Shown here: in pieces, positions 32,417 through 43,071 of the stretch
How positions within the stretch are numbered: the first letter of the stretch is position 1
Layout of the letters: every line of letters begins with the position of its first letter
NCBI GenBank assembly: GCA_963753975.1
Contig: CAVWEH010000001.1
Coordinates: 32,001 to 96,000 of the forward strand
Reading direction: 5' to 3'
Origin: an uncultured delta proteobacterium
GTDB lineage: Bacteria > Desulfobacterota > Syntrophia > Syntrophales > Smithellaceae
Length of the DNA stretch: 64,000 nucleotides
The notes under the pieces: generated by a model
The model's database searches: none
The model's input: the letters and a program-made list of their open reading frames with translations, nothing else
What the model was told of the DNA's origin: nothing
Translations under genes and position numbers: made by a program

Positions 32417-33061
32417 ATGAAAGAAAAACCATATAATATAATTACCGTATCCAGGCAAATGGGCAGCGGCGGGACTTATATCGCTTATCTTGCTGCCAAA
32501 GAGTTGGGATTCAAATATCTCGACAGGGAAATATTACGACAGGCTGCAAACAAATTAGGAATTGAACCAGGCATGTTGGAACAGTATGATGGAAGATCGG
32601 CGAGCCTAATGGAAAATATTGTCCAGTCGTTTTGTTTCGGTACGCCGGAGATGTCTTTTCCGCCGCCTCTGGGGAAGCCGGTTTATAATAAAGATTTATT
32701 TGCCTTGGAAAGCAAAATTATAAAGGAGATCGCTGAAAAATCCACTGCCGTGATTGTCGGCCGCGGCGGATTTCATATCCTGAAGGACAGACTCAACACG
32801 ATACATATTTTTATTCATGCCCCGCTGGATTATCGTATCGAGAGGATAATAAAAGAACAAAAAATCGCCGACAAGCGAAAAGCACAAAAGATGGTTGAAG
32901 AATCAGATCACGAGAGGACCAAATTTATTCGCGATATGGTAAGCACTGATTGGTGCGATGCACGCAATTATCATTTGTGTATAGATTCCAGTGTTGTTGG
33001 TTTCCCGGCCTGTGTGAAAATGATTACAGAGCTTGTGAGCATAAAAAGATCGGCGCAATAA
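32417..33061 (+). CDS. Cytidylate kinase-like family protein
   Basis: ITVSRQMGSGG, VIVGRG, YHLCIDS. Confidence 0.85.
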   Translation: MKEKPYNIITVSRQMGSGGTYIAYLAAKELGFKYLDREILRQAANKLGIEPGMLEQYDGRSASLMENIVQSFCFGTPEMSFPPPLGKPVYNKDLFALESKIIKEIAEKSTAVIVGRGGFHILKDRLNTIHIFIHAPLDYRIERIIKEQKIADKRKAQKMVEESDHERTKFIRDMVSTDWCDARNYHLCIDSSVVGFPACVKMITELVSIKRSAQ

Positions 33062-33166
33062 CTAAATGGAGAGCTTCACAAATGATGTAAATTGCTTTAC
33101 AGAGGGTTTTAGGTCCAATATCTATATTTTATTGACAGAACAAGTTGGTGTACATATACTTCGCGC

Positions 33167-33871
33167 ATGATTGAATTGAATAATGCAACCAAACAATATG
33201 GTTCTCTTACCGCCGTCGACAATGTTTCCTTTAATGTCCAGAAAGGCGAGTATTTTGCTCTTCTTGGACCCAATGGCGCAGGAAAGACGACAATCGTCAA
33301 GATGCTGCTTGACTTTACAAAGCCGACATCAGGAAGCTTATCAGTAAATGGTCTTTCTAGCACACAGTCAGCAAGCCGTACGGCAATCGGTTATCTGGCC
33401 GAGAACTGCCGTATTCCTCCCTATCTTTCCGGCTGGCAGTATCTGCTACGCTCTTCAGAACTATTGGATATGAGCCGATCCGCTGCGCTGGATCAATGCC
33501 GGCGCATTGTCGAACTTATCGGCATGCAAGGCAGGGAATTCGCAAAAGTGGGCACCTATTCCAAGGGCATGATTCAACGGTTCGGACTTGGCGCCGCACT
33601 CATCGGAAACCCGAAGCTGTTAATTCTCGATGAACCCACCGCCGGCCTTGATCCTATCGGGATAAGAGAAATACGCCAGCTTCTGGAATCGCTTAAAGAT
33701 CAAGACATGACTATCTTTTTGAATTCGCACTTGCTTTCGGAAGTGGAAAAAATATGCGATAACGCCGCCATCATCAACAACGGCAGGCTTTTGGTGAAGG
33801 ATGCAATTTCCACCCTGGTGAAAGATAACGATACACTCGAAAATGTATTCGTCAGGCTGGTGAAAGGTTGA
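33167..33871 (+). CDS. ABC transporter ATP-binding protein
   Basis: GPNGAGKTT, YSKGM, ILDEP. Confidence 0.93.
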   Translation: MIELNNATKQYGSLTAVDNVSFNVQKGEYFALLGPNGAGKTTIVKMLLDFTKPTSGSLSVNGLSSTQSASRTAIGYLAENCRIPPYLSGWQYLLRSSELLDMSRSAALDQCRRIVELIGMQGREFAKVGTYSKGMIQRFGLGAALIGNPKLLILDEPTAGLDPIGIREIRQLLESLKDQDMTIFLNSHLLSEVEKICDNAAIINNGRLLVKDAISTLVKDNDTLENVFVRLVKG

Positions 33872-33872
33872 A

Positions 33873-34706
33873 ATGAAAATGCCGCAAGCACTTCCTTCCA
33901 TCATCAGAATTGCCAAATATACACTTACGGATGAAATACGGCAGAAAAGCTTCATCGTTATGTTCATCAGCTGCGCCGTATTTATATTTCTTGTTCGCGG
34001 TTGTTATCAGGGCAATTTCATGGTGAACGGTCAGGCGCTCGATACTGAAACTGTTATCCAGGTAGTGTCGAAATTGACTTTTCATGTTATTGCTGTGGGC
34101 GCTATGCTTCTTACTGCCTTACTTTCGATGCGTGTCTTCAGACGCGACCGGGAGGACGGGATGCAATCGAGCATTCTGTCCAAGCCGGTAGCCCGCTGGC
34201 AGTATGTTGCAGGTAAGATCATTGGTTTGTGGGCTTTATCGGTCATCTTCATGTTCGTCCTGCACAGCATTGTGTTTATAATTGCCTCCATAAATTTGCA
34301 GGCTCTTCTGCCGGAATACCTCCTTGCCTCACTACTTTGCTCTTTCAATCTGCTCTTTGTGGTTGTTGCCGTGCTTCTTTTATCGCTGCTGATGTCCGAC
34401 GTATTCGCCTTTCTGTGTGTTCTGGGAATCGGCGTAGTTGGCGTTGTGGCCGACGGGATATACGCTATTAGCCGCAGTCAAATGGCGCAGGCGATGATCG
34501 GCCAAGCAGGCGCGCGGTCAGACTGGACATGGTGGAAAGCCGTCTACTATTTGTGGCCGAAACTTTCCGGTGCGGAGCGATTTGCTTCTTCTTTTATCGG
34601 CGGTGAAAGACTCGGACCTATGTATCCGCTCATTAACGTCCTTTTCTACATCGTCATCCTCGGTGCGTTACTATTCTGGCGTTTCCGGGATGAAGACATA
34701 ATTTAA
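33873..34706 (+). CDS. ABC-2 type permease
   Basis: Multi-TM, ILSKPVARWQYVAGK. Confidence 0.85.
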   Translation: MKMPQALPSIIRIAKYTLTDEIRQKSFIVMFISCAVFIFLVRGCYQGNFMVNGQALDTETVIQVVSKLTFHVIAVGAMLLTALLSMRVFRRDREDGMQSSILSKPVARWQYVAGKIIGLWALSVIFMFVLHSIVFIIASINLQALLPEYLLASLLCSFNLLFVVVAVLLLSLLMSDVFAFLCVLGIGVVGVVADGIYAISRSQMAQAMIGQAGARSDWTWWKAVYYLWPKLSGAERFASSFIGGERLGPMYPLINVLFYIVILGALLFWRFRDEDII

Positions 34707-34732
34707 CCGCCTAGAGAACGAAATCTAACAGG

Positions 34733-35038
34733 ATGGTGCGGGATATGGAAAGCAACGACGATATAAAACTGCTCCTCATGGAGGAGCAAACTCTTCTCTC
34801 CCGCGAGAGGACCATGCATTCATATATGCAGACAGGCCTGGCTTTTACGTCCGTCGGTCTTGTTATTATGAAATTTCTGAGCGGTCTGTTTTATTTTTGC
34901 ACCGGGGTAGTCTTTATTATTCTGGGCATTCTTCTTATAACCGAATCGGCGAGGCGGTATGTGTACTTCCGGAAGGCAGTCCGGAAACTCCGCGAGAAAG
35001 AAACAAAGCTAGGTTATGAAATTGGGATGGTACGATAG
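34733..35038 (+). CDS. DUF202/YidH family small membrane protein
   Basis: LSRERT..SY.QT motif, two TM segments. Confidence 0.75.
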   Translation: MVRDMESNDDIKLLLMEEQTLLSRERTMHSYMQTGLAFTSVGLVIMKFLSGLFYFCTGVVFIILGILLITESARRYVYFRKAVRKLREKETKLGYEIGMVR

Positions 35039-35064
35039 GAAAAAACCGGTACGGTTCTAATTGA

Positions 35065-35242
35065 TTAACAGAACAAAGAAGATAATAAAATAAATAGAAC
35101 CTCCCCGATAAACTCATATTTGGCATCATCTTGCTTTTGCTCGACAGGTTTCTGTTCTTGTTGCCCGGGAAGTTACCGGCAATGCGGTAATAATCATCAA
35201 AAGTAAAACCGCCGTAATTATTTTCTTCATCTTGGTTTTCAT
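35065..35242 (-). pseudogene. Small secreted/membrane protein with one extra base near 35160
   Basis: MKTKMKKIITAVLLLMIITALPVTSRA continues as QEQKPVEQKQDDAKYEFIGEVLFILLSSLFC* after removing one base (178 nt = 59 codons + 1). Confidence 0.45.
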
Positions 35243-35370
35243 AGTGTAATCTTCCTTTACATTTGATCCTCATCTTAATTGTTCGCAGTCAATCCCGTAT
35301 TTAGGTGAAGGAAAGTATTATAATTATAAATGAAATTCGCACCGCCAACGCCAATATTTCAGTTGTGATC

Positions 35371-35684
35371 AATCCCGCGACTTAGAATCCCCCGACTCCG
35401 GCTAGGGGAGGAAAGCGCCGTGACCCGCGGGAAGTCACGCTTTCCTCTGCTTTGCGAGATAATCACGGGCATTTGCAATGCCCTCCGCTTATGCGGGATC
35501 AATTCAACCTGCAAATATTGCTGCATTGTGTTGGCAATATTTGAGTTTCATTGATTCGACCTGCAAGCTTCAGCATGAGTGACCTCTTGTGACCTTCATG
35601 TTATTAGGTTATGCACTTCGTTTCTGAAGCTTGGGTCTCATTATTTCAGGGAGCCTCCGGCTCCTGCCAGACGGGGTTCCGCTT
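35371..35684 (+). mobile_element. IS200/IS605-like miniature element containing REP-like units
   Basis: Ends ACTTAGAATCCCCCGACTCCGGCTAGGGGAGG and GAGCCTCCGGCTCCTGCCAGACGGGGTTCCGCTT match the copy at 44281-44392; no transposase. Confidence 0.6.
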
Positions 35685-35914
35685 AATAAGCTTTGTTTAA
35701 AACATGCCCAACTAGATTTTTGACATTTAGAGATATTCAAAACAAGACGGGCCTCGATTTCCTGTCAAATCTTGATAAATAGGTTCGAGATGTGATAGAG
35801 ACTAAAAAAGCCGAATTGAATTCAAATGAATTTTTAATGTCCTGAGTAAAGGAGCGAAAAAAGTAACCCGACCGATTAATAACCGAACCAATAAGTCTCG
35901 AAAGGAACTAAACC

Positions 35915-36358
35915 ATGGAAGAAATAATAAAACGCATACTTGTTGTAAGCAGGATGACCAGCTATTGCCGGGAGGCAATTCACTATGGAATATCGCTCGC
36001 CCAGAAGTGCGGCGCCGAGCTTTCCGTGATTCATATCTTGTATAACCCTTTCGAAAACATGAATATGCCCATGATATCACTGGAAGAGGAGTACAAAAAA
36101 GACTGCCAGAGGACAAAGAGAGAGCTGGAAGAAATCATTGACGCCGAGAGAAAGAAAGGCGTGGAGATAAAAGAGTCCGTCAAAGAAGGCGAGCCTGCAG
36201 CGCAGATCATGAAAGCTATTGAAGAAAAAAATATCGATCTTGTCGTCCTGCACGATCATAAGGATAGCTTTTGGGATCATTTCCTTTACGGCTACCGCAG
36301 TGATGACATTATTCGCAAGATTCCGTGTTCGGTCCTATTGGTGAAAGAATCAATGTAA
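35915..36358 (+). CDS. Universal stress protein
   Basis: IKRILV, EGEP, DLVVL, PCSVLLVK. Confidence 0.9.
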   Translation: MEEIIKRILVVSRMTSYCREAIHYGISLAQKCGAELSVIHILYNPFENMNMPMISLEEEYKKDCQRTKRELEEIIDAERKKGVEIKESVKEGEPAAQIMKAIEEKNIDLVVLHDHKDSFWDHFLYGYRSDDIIRKIPCSVLLVKESM

Positions 36359-36410
36359 CAAAATTAAGAAATTTTCCACAACGGAGGAACTTTCTGAAAA
36401 GGGTGACAAC

Positions 36411-38855
36411 ATGACCATGCAAAACAAAAATGAATCCCGGGAAAAATCTATAGCAGAACTGCTCAAAGAGCTCGATGCAACAAAAGAAGGTCTGAGCAGT
36501 AAAGAGGCGCAAAAACGCCTCGCTGAATACGGCATGAATGAAATTGAGGAAAAGAAAGTTAATCCACTTCTTAAGTTTCTGGGATATTTTTGGGGTCCTA
36601 TCCCCTGGATGATCGAAGCAGCCGTGATTCTATCGGCAGTTGTCCGCCACTGGCCCGATTTTTTCATTATCCTTGTCTTGCTTGCAGCCAATGCCATAGT
36701 CGGGTTCTGGGAGGAGTACCAGGCGGGCAACGCCATCGAGGCGCTGAAGGCCAAGCTGGCAATCCAGGCCCGGGTCCTTCGTGATGGGAAGTGGACCACA
36801 GCGCCGGCGCGTGAGCTGGTGCCGGGCGATGTCATTCGCGTGCGCCTCGGCGACATCGTGCCGGCAGACGCACGCTTGCTTGCGGGTGACCCCGTGGAAG
36901 TCGATCAATCCGTGTTGACGGGCGAGTCATTACCCGTTACCCGCAAAACTGGAGAGACGGTTTACTCGGGCTCGATCATCCGTCAGGGAGAAGTCGACGC
37001 GCTGGTCTATGGTACGGGGCAAAACACCTATTTCGGCAAGACCGCACAATTGGTGCAGGAGGCGCACACTGTCAGTCATTTTCAGCGCGCGGTATTGAAG
37101 ATCGGGAACTATCTGATTGTTATCGCAGTGGCACTGGTCGCCTTGATTCTTACCGTCGCACTTTTTCGCGGCGATAAAATGATCACCACTCTGCAGTTTG
37201 CCCTGATCCTGACAGTGGCAGCCATTCCTGTGGCCATGCCTACCGTGTTGTCGGTGACCATGGCCGTGGGTGCCCGGCTTCTGGCTGTAAAGCAGGCCAT
37301 AGTCAGCCGGCTGGTAGCTATCGAAGAACTGGCGGGCATGGATATGCTCTGCTCGGATAAGACAGGAACCTTGACGCAGAACAAGCTCACGCTTGGTGAT
37401 CCGTTCACTGTCGAAGGGATCACCGCCGACCAGCTTATTCTGAGCGCAGCGCTGTCATCTCGCGCAGAAAATCAGGATACTATCGATCTGGCCGTACTGA
37501 GCGGCCTGAAAAACGATCAGACTCTCAAAGGTTACAGACTCGTTCATTTTATGCCTTTTGACCCTGTGCACAAGCGCACCGAAGCCTCCATCAGCAGCGC
37601 GGATGGGAAAACATTCAAAGTTACCAAGGGAGCGCCGCAGGTAATTCTGGAGTTGGCAGCCAACGCCGTCGAGGTAAAACCAGCAGTAGAAGAAGCTGTT
37701 AGCGCCTTTGCTGTGCGCGGCTTCCGGTCACTGGGCGTGGCGCGAACGGACGCGGCCGGTCAGTGGCAGTTCCTTGGAGTCCTGCCGCTTTTCGATCCGC
37801 CGCGCGAGGATTCGCAAGCAACCATCGCGACAGCGCGGCAGATGGGTATAAATGTAAAGATGGTCACGGGCGATCAACTGGCCATCGCCCGGGAAACCGC
37901 CGGGCAACTCGGGATGGGCAAGAATATCCTCGATGCGAGCGGTTTTGGTGACACGAAGCATCACGAGACGGCGCGGCTGGCCGAGTCCATCGATAAGGCG
38001 GACGGGTTTGCCCAGGTCTTTCCCGAACACAAGTTCCACATCGTCGATGTCCTGCAGCAACTCGGCCACATTGTCGGTATGACCGGTGACGGGGTGAACG
38101 ACGCCCCGGCGCTGAAGAAGGCCGACTGCGGCATTGCGGTATCGGGCGCAACGGACGCCGCCCGTGCGGCGGCGGACATCGTACTGCTGACACCGGGCCT
38201 ATCGGTAATCATCGGCGCGATCAAGGAGAGCCGCAAGATTTTCCAGCGGATGACGAGCTATGCTATTTATCGGATCGCCGAGACAATCCGGGTACTGCTC
38301 TTCATGACTCTGTCTATCCTGGTCTTTAACTTTTATCCGGTAACGGCCGTGATGATCGTCCTGCTCGCATTGCTCAACGACGGCGCCATCCTGTCCATTG
38401 CTTACGACAATGTTCGCTACTCTGACCAGCCCGAAGCATGGAACATGCAGAGAGTCCTGGGAATATCGTCCGTGCTGGGCGTGGCCGGTGTCATTGCATC
38501 ATTCGGATTGTTCTATCTCGGTGAGCGTGTATTTCATCTCAGCCGTGAGATTATACAAACACTGATGTATCTCAAACTCTCCGTGGCGGGACATATGACA
38601 ATATTCGTGACGCGTACCAGGGGCCCGTTCTGGTCGATCCGTCCCGCACCGGTTTTGCTCGCGGCGGTACTTGGCACGCAAGCGGTCGCAACATTGATTG
38701 CCGTCTACGGATTGCTGATGCCCGCGATCGGTTGGGGTTTGGCGCTGGCGGTATGGGGCTATGCACTGGCGTGGTTCCTCGTTAATGATCGGATTAAACT
38801 AGCGGCCTACCGAATCCTTGATCCGCAGCAGCAGCCGTTAGAGGGGAAGCAGTGA
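36411..38855 (+). CDS. Plasma-membrane-type proton-efflux P-type ATPase (type IIIA)
   Basis: TGES, IPVAMP, CSDKTGTLT, PFDP, KGAP, MTGDGVNDAPAL, LNDG. Confidence 0.92.
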   Translation: MTMQNKNESREKSIAELLKELDATKEGLSSKEAQKRLAEYGMNEIEEKKVNPLLKFLGYFWGPIPWMIEAAVILSAVVRHWPDFFIILVLLAANAIVGFWEEYQAGNAIEALKAKLAIQARVLRDGKWTTAPARELVPGDVIRVRLGDIVPADARLLAGDPVEVDQSVLTGESLPVTRKTGETVYSGSIIRQGEVDALVYGTGQNTYFGKTAQLVQEAHTVSHFQRAVLKIGNYLIVIAVALVALILTVALFRGDKMITTLQFALILTVAAIPVAMPTVLSVTMAVGARLLAVKQAIVSRLVAIEELAGMDMLCSDKTGTLTQNKLTLGDPFTVEGITADQLILSAALSSRAENQDTIDLAVLSGLKNDQTLKGYRLVHFMPFDPVHKRTEASISSADGKTFKVTKGAPQVILELAANAVEVKPAVEEAVSAFAVRGFRSLGVARTDAAGQWQFLGVLPLFDPPREDSQATIATARQMGINVKMVTGDQLAIARETAGQLGMGKNILDASGFGDTKHHETARLAESIDKADGFAQVFPEHKFHIVDVLQQLGHIVGMTGDGVNDAPALKKADCGIAVSGATDAARAAADIVLLTPGLSVIIGAIKESRKIFQRMTSYAIYRIAETIRVLLFMTLSILVFNFYPVTAVMIVLLALLNDGAILSIAYDNVRYSDQPEAWNMQRVLGISSVLGVAGVIASFGLFYLGERVFHLSREIIQTLMYLKLSVAGHMTIFVTRTRGPFWSIRPAPVLLAAVLGTQAVATLIAVYGLLMPAIGWGLALAVWGYALAWFLVNDRIKLAAYRILDPQQQPLEGKQ

Positions 38856-38905
38856 AAATAACAATGAAGTTCGCATTGCCAACGACAAAATCTTAGTTTC
38901 GATAC

Positions 38906-40444
38906 TCAATAGGCTTTGTTTAAAACAAAAAGCGGGGCGTGATTGGAGGTAAAAAATTCCGGCATACGCCGGACAATCGGCGCGACCGCCGGATGCTTTT
39001 TGAAAGTTTTCTCCAGAAAATTGCGCACAACCGGCCTCTGCCAGCCCGAAGGATGCTGAAAGCTTTTGTAAAGCGACAGATCGCCTTCGTAAAAATCGCT
39101 AGTTTTCAGGCTTTGCGCCTCAATGCTCCCGGAAGGTAAATTAAAAATTGCCAGATTCAAAAAATCGATACAGCCATGATGTTGACATACGAATTCGAGC
39201 GTCTTCATAGCATGGGCTTTCGTTTCCGAGGGTGTCCCGAAAAGGAAATAGCAATACGCGGCAATGCCTGCTTTCTTGAGAGCTTTCAAAACTGCTGAGG
39301 CCGTGGGCAAATTTATTCCTTTATTCAAACAGTCGAGCACTTCCTGATCGCCGGATTCTATTCCCAGCTTCAGCATAACACAGCCGCTCTTTTTTAAAGC
39401 TAAGCAAAAATCATTATCCGCCAGGTGTGCTGTGATACGGGTAAATCCATACCAGGGAATGCCCGGCGGTTCTTGGGCCAGTGCGCCTAACAGCGCCGGA
39501 CTTATGGCGTTGTCTAAAATATGAATCAATGTCGGATTCGTCTGCTCCGTAAGCGTCTGCAGTTCTTCCAAAGTTTGAGAAACGGGTAGGGGCAGATAAG
39601 GGTTCTCTTCCGATTTTTCCGGGCAAAAAGCGCAGTTATGCCAGTAACAGCCGCGGGAACTGCTATAGGGAAGGATAACGCCGGGGACGAAATATTGGTT
39701 GCCAAAAAATCCTCTATAGTCGGGTGGATAATTTATCCGATCAGTGTTGATTCCCAGCAGTTCTAATAATTTTTTTTCTCCGGCGCCGGCTACTATTTCA
39801 TCGACAAGCCCGCTGAAGATATCACCGCGAACACCAAGCTTTACCCAAGAAGTGACAAGCGACCCGCCCAAAATAATTTTCTGCCGCAGATTGTTGCGCC
39901 TGATAAAACCAATCATAGCGAAAGTGCATAGTGCCTGACTCAGGTAATTTAAGGAAAAGCCGATAAACTCAGGTTCTTCTTCCAGCGCGGAGGCTAAATG
40001 ATTTTCAAAGTACGGGTAAAAGGGATTATCTTGATATTTTTCCGCGGCGCAAATTAAATCTAAGCTTCTCACCGGCGTGAGATTGTCGGCATGATAATCA
40101 ACAAGCGACAGATCAACGCTCCGGGCCTTGCCTGCTATTTTTAAAAGAAGGTTAACGTCGGAGACAACTTGCTGATACGTGCTTCTATTGCCGTACGTCG
40201 CTATATTCCGCAGGGCGCCAAGATTTTTTTGCAAATTTTTTACAGCGCGCACTGTCCAGCGGTCGATTGCCGTATTTTTATCAGCAGTTTCTTGCAGCAG
40301 ATAGATGATGCCTTCCAGATTGGCGTCAATGATTTGATGATTAATATTATGTGCCTTGAGGCAGGAGGATAACTTGGCGATGCCTGCCGGTGGCTCCGCC
40401 GCCTTGGCAACTGGTGGATGAATTAAAATTATTCTTGGTTTCAT
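38906..40444 (-). CDS. B12-binding-domain-type radical SAM protein
   Basis: SRGCYWHNCAFCPE, LGIESG. Confidence 0.8.
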   Translation of the reverse strand: MKPRIILIHPPVAKAAEPPAGIAKLSSCLKAHNINHQIIDANLEGIIYLLQETADKNTAIDRWTVRAVKNLQKNLGALRNIATYGNRSTYQQVVSDVNLLLKIAGKARSVDLSLVDYHADNLTPVRSLDLICAAEKYQDNPFYPYFENHLASALEEEPEFIGFSLNYLSQALCTFAMIGFIRRNNLRQKIILGGSLVTSWVKLGVRGDIFSGLVDEIVAGAGEKKLLELLGINTDRINYPPDYRGFFGNQYFVPGVILPYSSSRGCYWHNCAFCPEKSEENPYLPLPVSQTLEELQTLTEQTNPTLIHILDNAISPALLGALAQEPPGIPWYGFTRITAHLADNDFCLALKKSGCVMLKLGIESGDQEVLDCLNKGINLPTASAVLKALKKAGIAAYCYFLFGTPSETKAHAMKTLEFVCQHHGCIDFLNLAIFNLPSGSIEAQSLKTSDFYEGDLSLYKSFQHPSGWQRPVVRNFLEKTFKKHPAVAPIVRRMPEFFTSNHAPLFVLNKAY

Positions 40445-40628
40445 CAAATGCAAAATTATTTAAATGTTTTCTCGCTTATTCACATATCTTTAGTATTTAA
40501 TTAGCGCTGGCACAAGGCTAATTATCGGCTATGATTTCCAGCTTGACAGGAGGCGCTCTTTACGCAATAGTTCCGCGCAATGGTTAAGTAATAAAAAAAT
40601 TCGCCTCTCCATAATCTTTTGGTACGTT

Positions 40629-41414
40629 GTGAAAAATGAAATGATCAAACCTCCCGGCGGCAGAGGTAAGATAATACTGTCTCTATGCACAGCGGTATTT
40701 ATCACTTTGCTGGCGAACACATTATTCGCGGCAGAGAAATATCCATCGCCGCGCGGCGCGATTAACGATTTTGCCAATGTTATCGATCCGGCCGATGCCG
40801 CAAGAATGGAGACGCTGGCGCGCGAAGTATTGCAAAAAACAGGCACGGCTGTTGTCGTGGCGACTGTTGAAACTGTCGGCGAGAATCAGGACTACAACCT
40901 CTATGCCAACGGCCTTTACCAAGCGTGGGGTATCGGAAAAAAAGGCGAGGATAAGGGTGTTTTAATCTTCCTGACCGTAAAAGAAAGAAAAATCCGCATT
41001 GAAACCGGCTACGGTGTGGAAGGAATCTTGCCGGACGGCTTAGTAGGCGAAATACTCGATAAATATGTTATTCCTCTGCTTAAAGAAGGCAATTACGGGG
41101 GAGCCCTCTATAACGGCATGTATGCCTGTTCTGTTTACATTGCCCAAGATGCCGGTGTCCGGTTGAGCGGATCGGCCGCGCCATACCGGACAAGAGTCCG
41201 AGCGGAAAATAAAGGGATTAACGTTTTTGGAGTTATTTTTTTATTAATTGTAGCCGCTCTGCTTTTAGGTACGAGGACAGGTCGATCTATGCTCCCTTGG
41301 TTGTTGCTTATATTGTTGAGCGGCGGACGCGGAGGAGGCGGCGGTTTTAGCGGAGGATTCGGCGGCTTTGGCGGCGGCGGCAGCGGCGGCGGTGGAGCCG
41401 GACGGGATTTTTAG
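40629..41414 (+). CDS. TPM domain protein (YgcG-like) with Gly-rich tail
   Basis: INDFANVI, WGIG, IETGYGVEG, FGGGGSGGGGA. Confidence 0.9.
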   Translation: MKNEMIKPPGGRGKIILSLCTAVFITLLANTLFAAEKYPSPRGAINDFANVIDPADAARMETLAREVLQKTGTAVVVATVETVGENQDYNLYANGLYQAWGIGKKGEDKGVLIFLTVKERKIRIETGYGVEGILPDGLVGEILDKYVIPLLKEGNYGGALYNGMYACSVYIAQDAGVRLSGSAAPYRTRVRAENKGINVFGVIFLLIVAALLLGTRTGRSMLPWLLLILLSGGRGGGGGFSGGFGGFGGGGSGGGGAGRDF

Positions 41415-41491
41415 TGAGACCCCAATTTCAAAAGCGTAGCGCATTGAAATTGGTTGGTCGAACTATCCCGCGAGCGAAGCAATGCGGGATA
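41415..41491 (+). repeat. REP-like palindromic cluster
   Basis: TGAGACCCCAATTTCA...TGAAATTGGTTGGTCGAA plus ATCCCGC...GCGGGAT. Confidence 0.75.
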
Positions 41492-41607
41492 ACTATCCAG
41501 CTAATCAGGGATATGATACCATGTGGCCAAGTTTGCGAATTGTTTTCAAAGTGTGCTTTGGGTTTCATACCCATGACTAACTGATAAAGGGTAAAGAGAG
41601 ATAGATT

Positions 41608-42333
41608 ATGGCAAAAATACCGGATAAACCACAAGACATTTTCGTTCCTTTAACGCAGGATTACTTAAAAGTATTCAGCAAAGAGCTTGTATCTCTCATT
41701 CTTTACGGTAGCGCCGCCGGCGGCTCTTATATCAAAGGCAAGTCGGATATTAATTTGCTTTTGGTTTTGACGCCGGAAGGAATAGATAAATTAGCGGACG
41801 CATTTGTTACCATTAAATACTGGAGAAAACGGGGCCTCGCCGTACCGCTGGTTATGACCAAGGCGTTCATTAACACTTCTTTGGATTGTTACCCTATTGA
41901 ATTTTTGAATATGAAAAACAACCATATTCTGATTTATGGCGAAAACATTTTGGAGCAGATAAACGTTAGCCCGGAATGTCTGCGTTTGCAAATAGAGAGG
42001 GAACTAAAAGGGAAACTGATTTTACTGCGTCAGGGTTATCTGGAAGCCCAGGGCAAGCCGCAGCAGCTGAAAAATTTAATCAGCCGTTCTTTTACGGCGT
42101 TTATTTCCATTTTCAACGCTCTGCTTTATTATAAGCATGATGCCGCGCCGCGGGAAAGGCGCGATACGATCAAAGAGTTGGCTAAAGTTTTTGCAGTTGA
42201 TGCGGGAGCATTCCTCCAATGCGCGGATATCAAGGAAGGAAAAAATAATTTATCCGGCGAAGAGATCGTCGGGCTTTTTAAAAAGTATGTCCAAGAAGTC
42301 GCGAATATGTGCAATATCGTCGATTCGCTATAA
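41608..42333 (+). CDS. Nucleotidyltransferase-domain protein
   Basis: LYGSAAGG...SDINLL Pol-beta-like motif. Confidence 0.7.
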   Translation: MAKIPDKPQDIFVPLTQDYLKVFSKELVSLILYGSAAGGSYIKGKSDINLLLVLTPEGIDKLADAFVTIKYWRKRGLAVPLVMTKAFINTSLDCYPIEFLNMKNNHILIYGENILEQINVSPECLRLQIERELKGKLILLRQGYLEAQGKPQQLKNLISRSFTAFISIFNALLYYKHDAAPRERRDTIKELAKVFAVDAGAFLQCADIKEGKNNLSGEEIVGLFKKYVQEVANMCNIVDSL

Positions 42334-42362
42334 AACGAGCTAACATAATTCAGGAGGTCAAA

Positions 42363-42938
42363 ATGGATTCAGGGAAAAGAAATTTAATCATCGTGCTGGT
42401 GGTAATACTTGTTATTGTTCTGGGCATCTACTCGTTTTTTGCCGGAAACTATAACAAATTTGTCAAGCTGGATGTGGCAGTAAAAGCCGCCTGGTCACAG
42501 GTGGAAAACCAGTTGCAGCGCCGTTATGATTTGATTCCCAATTTAGTGGAAACGGTCAAAGGTTTTGCCAAGCAGGAAAAGAGTGTTTTTGTGGAAGTGA
42601 CCAACGCCCGCGCGAAAGTCGGCGGAGCGGGTAATATTCCCGATAAAATTGCAGCCAACAATCAGTTGTCCGGCGCTTTGAGCAGACTTTTGCTGGTAGT
42701 CGAACGATACCCGGATTTGAAATCGAACCAGAATTTTATGCGCCTGCAGGATGAGCTGGCCGGAACGGAAAATAGAATAGCCGTGGAAAGAATGCGATAT
42801 AATGAAGCGGTCAAGGCTTATAACGAGGCTATCAGATCGTTCCCCGCAAACATAATCGCCGGCATGTTCAATTTTAAAGAAAATCCTTATTTCGAAGCGC
42901 CGAAAGAAGCAAAAACTGCTCCACAAGTAAAATTCTAA
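42363..42938 (+). CDS. lemA: LemA family protein
   Basis: QRRYDLIPNLV, YPDLKSNQNF, ENRIAVER. Confidence 0.93.
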   Translation: MDSGKRNLIIVLVVILVIVLGIYSFFAGNYNKFVKLDVAVKAAWSQVENQLQRRYDLIPNLVETVKGFAKQEKSVFVEVTNARAKVGGAGNIPDKIAANNQLSGALSRLLLVVERYPDLKSNQNFMRLQDELAGTENRIAVERMRYNEAVKAYNEAIRSFPANIIAGMFNFKENPYFEAPKEAKTAPQVKF

Positions 42939-42962
42939 CTAAAACACGAATGAGCTTGGATT

Positions 42963-42998
42963 TAGCCCTGAACCTCTTTCTAAGAAGGTTCAGGGCTA
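42963..42998. terminator. Terminator hairpin between convergent genes
   Basis: 13-bp stem TAGCCCTGAACCT/AGGTTCAGGGCTA. Confidence 0.8.
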
Positions 42999-43071
42999 TT
43001 TGTCTGTAAGTTATAGTAAGTAGCGACTCAGCAATCTTACAATCAATATCTTGGATAAATAATTGCAGTAA

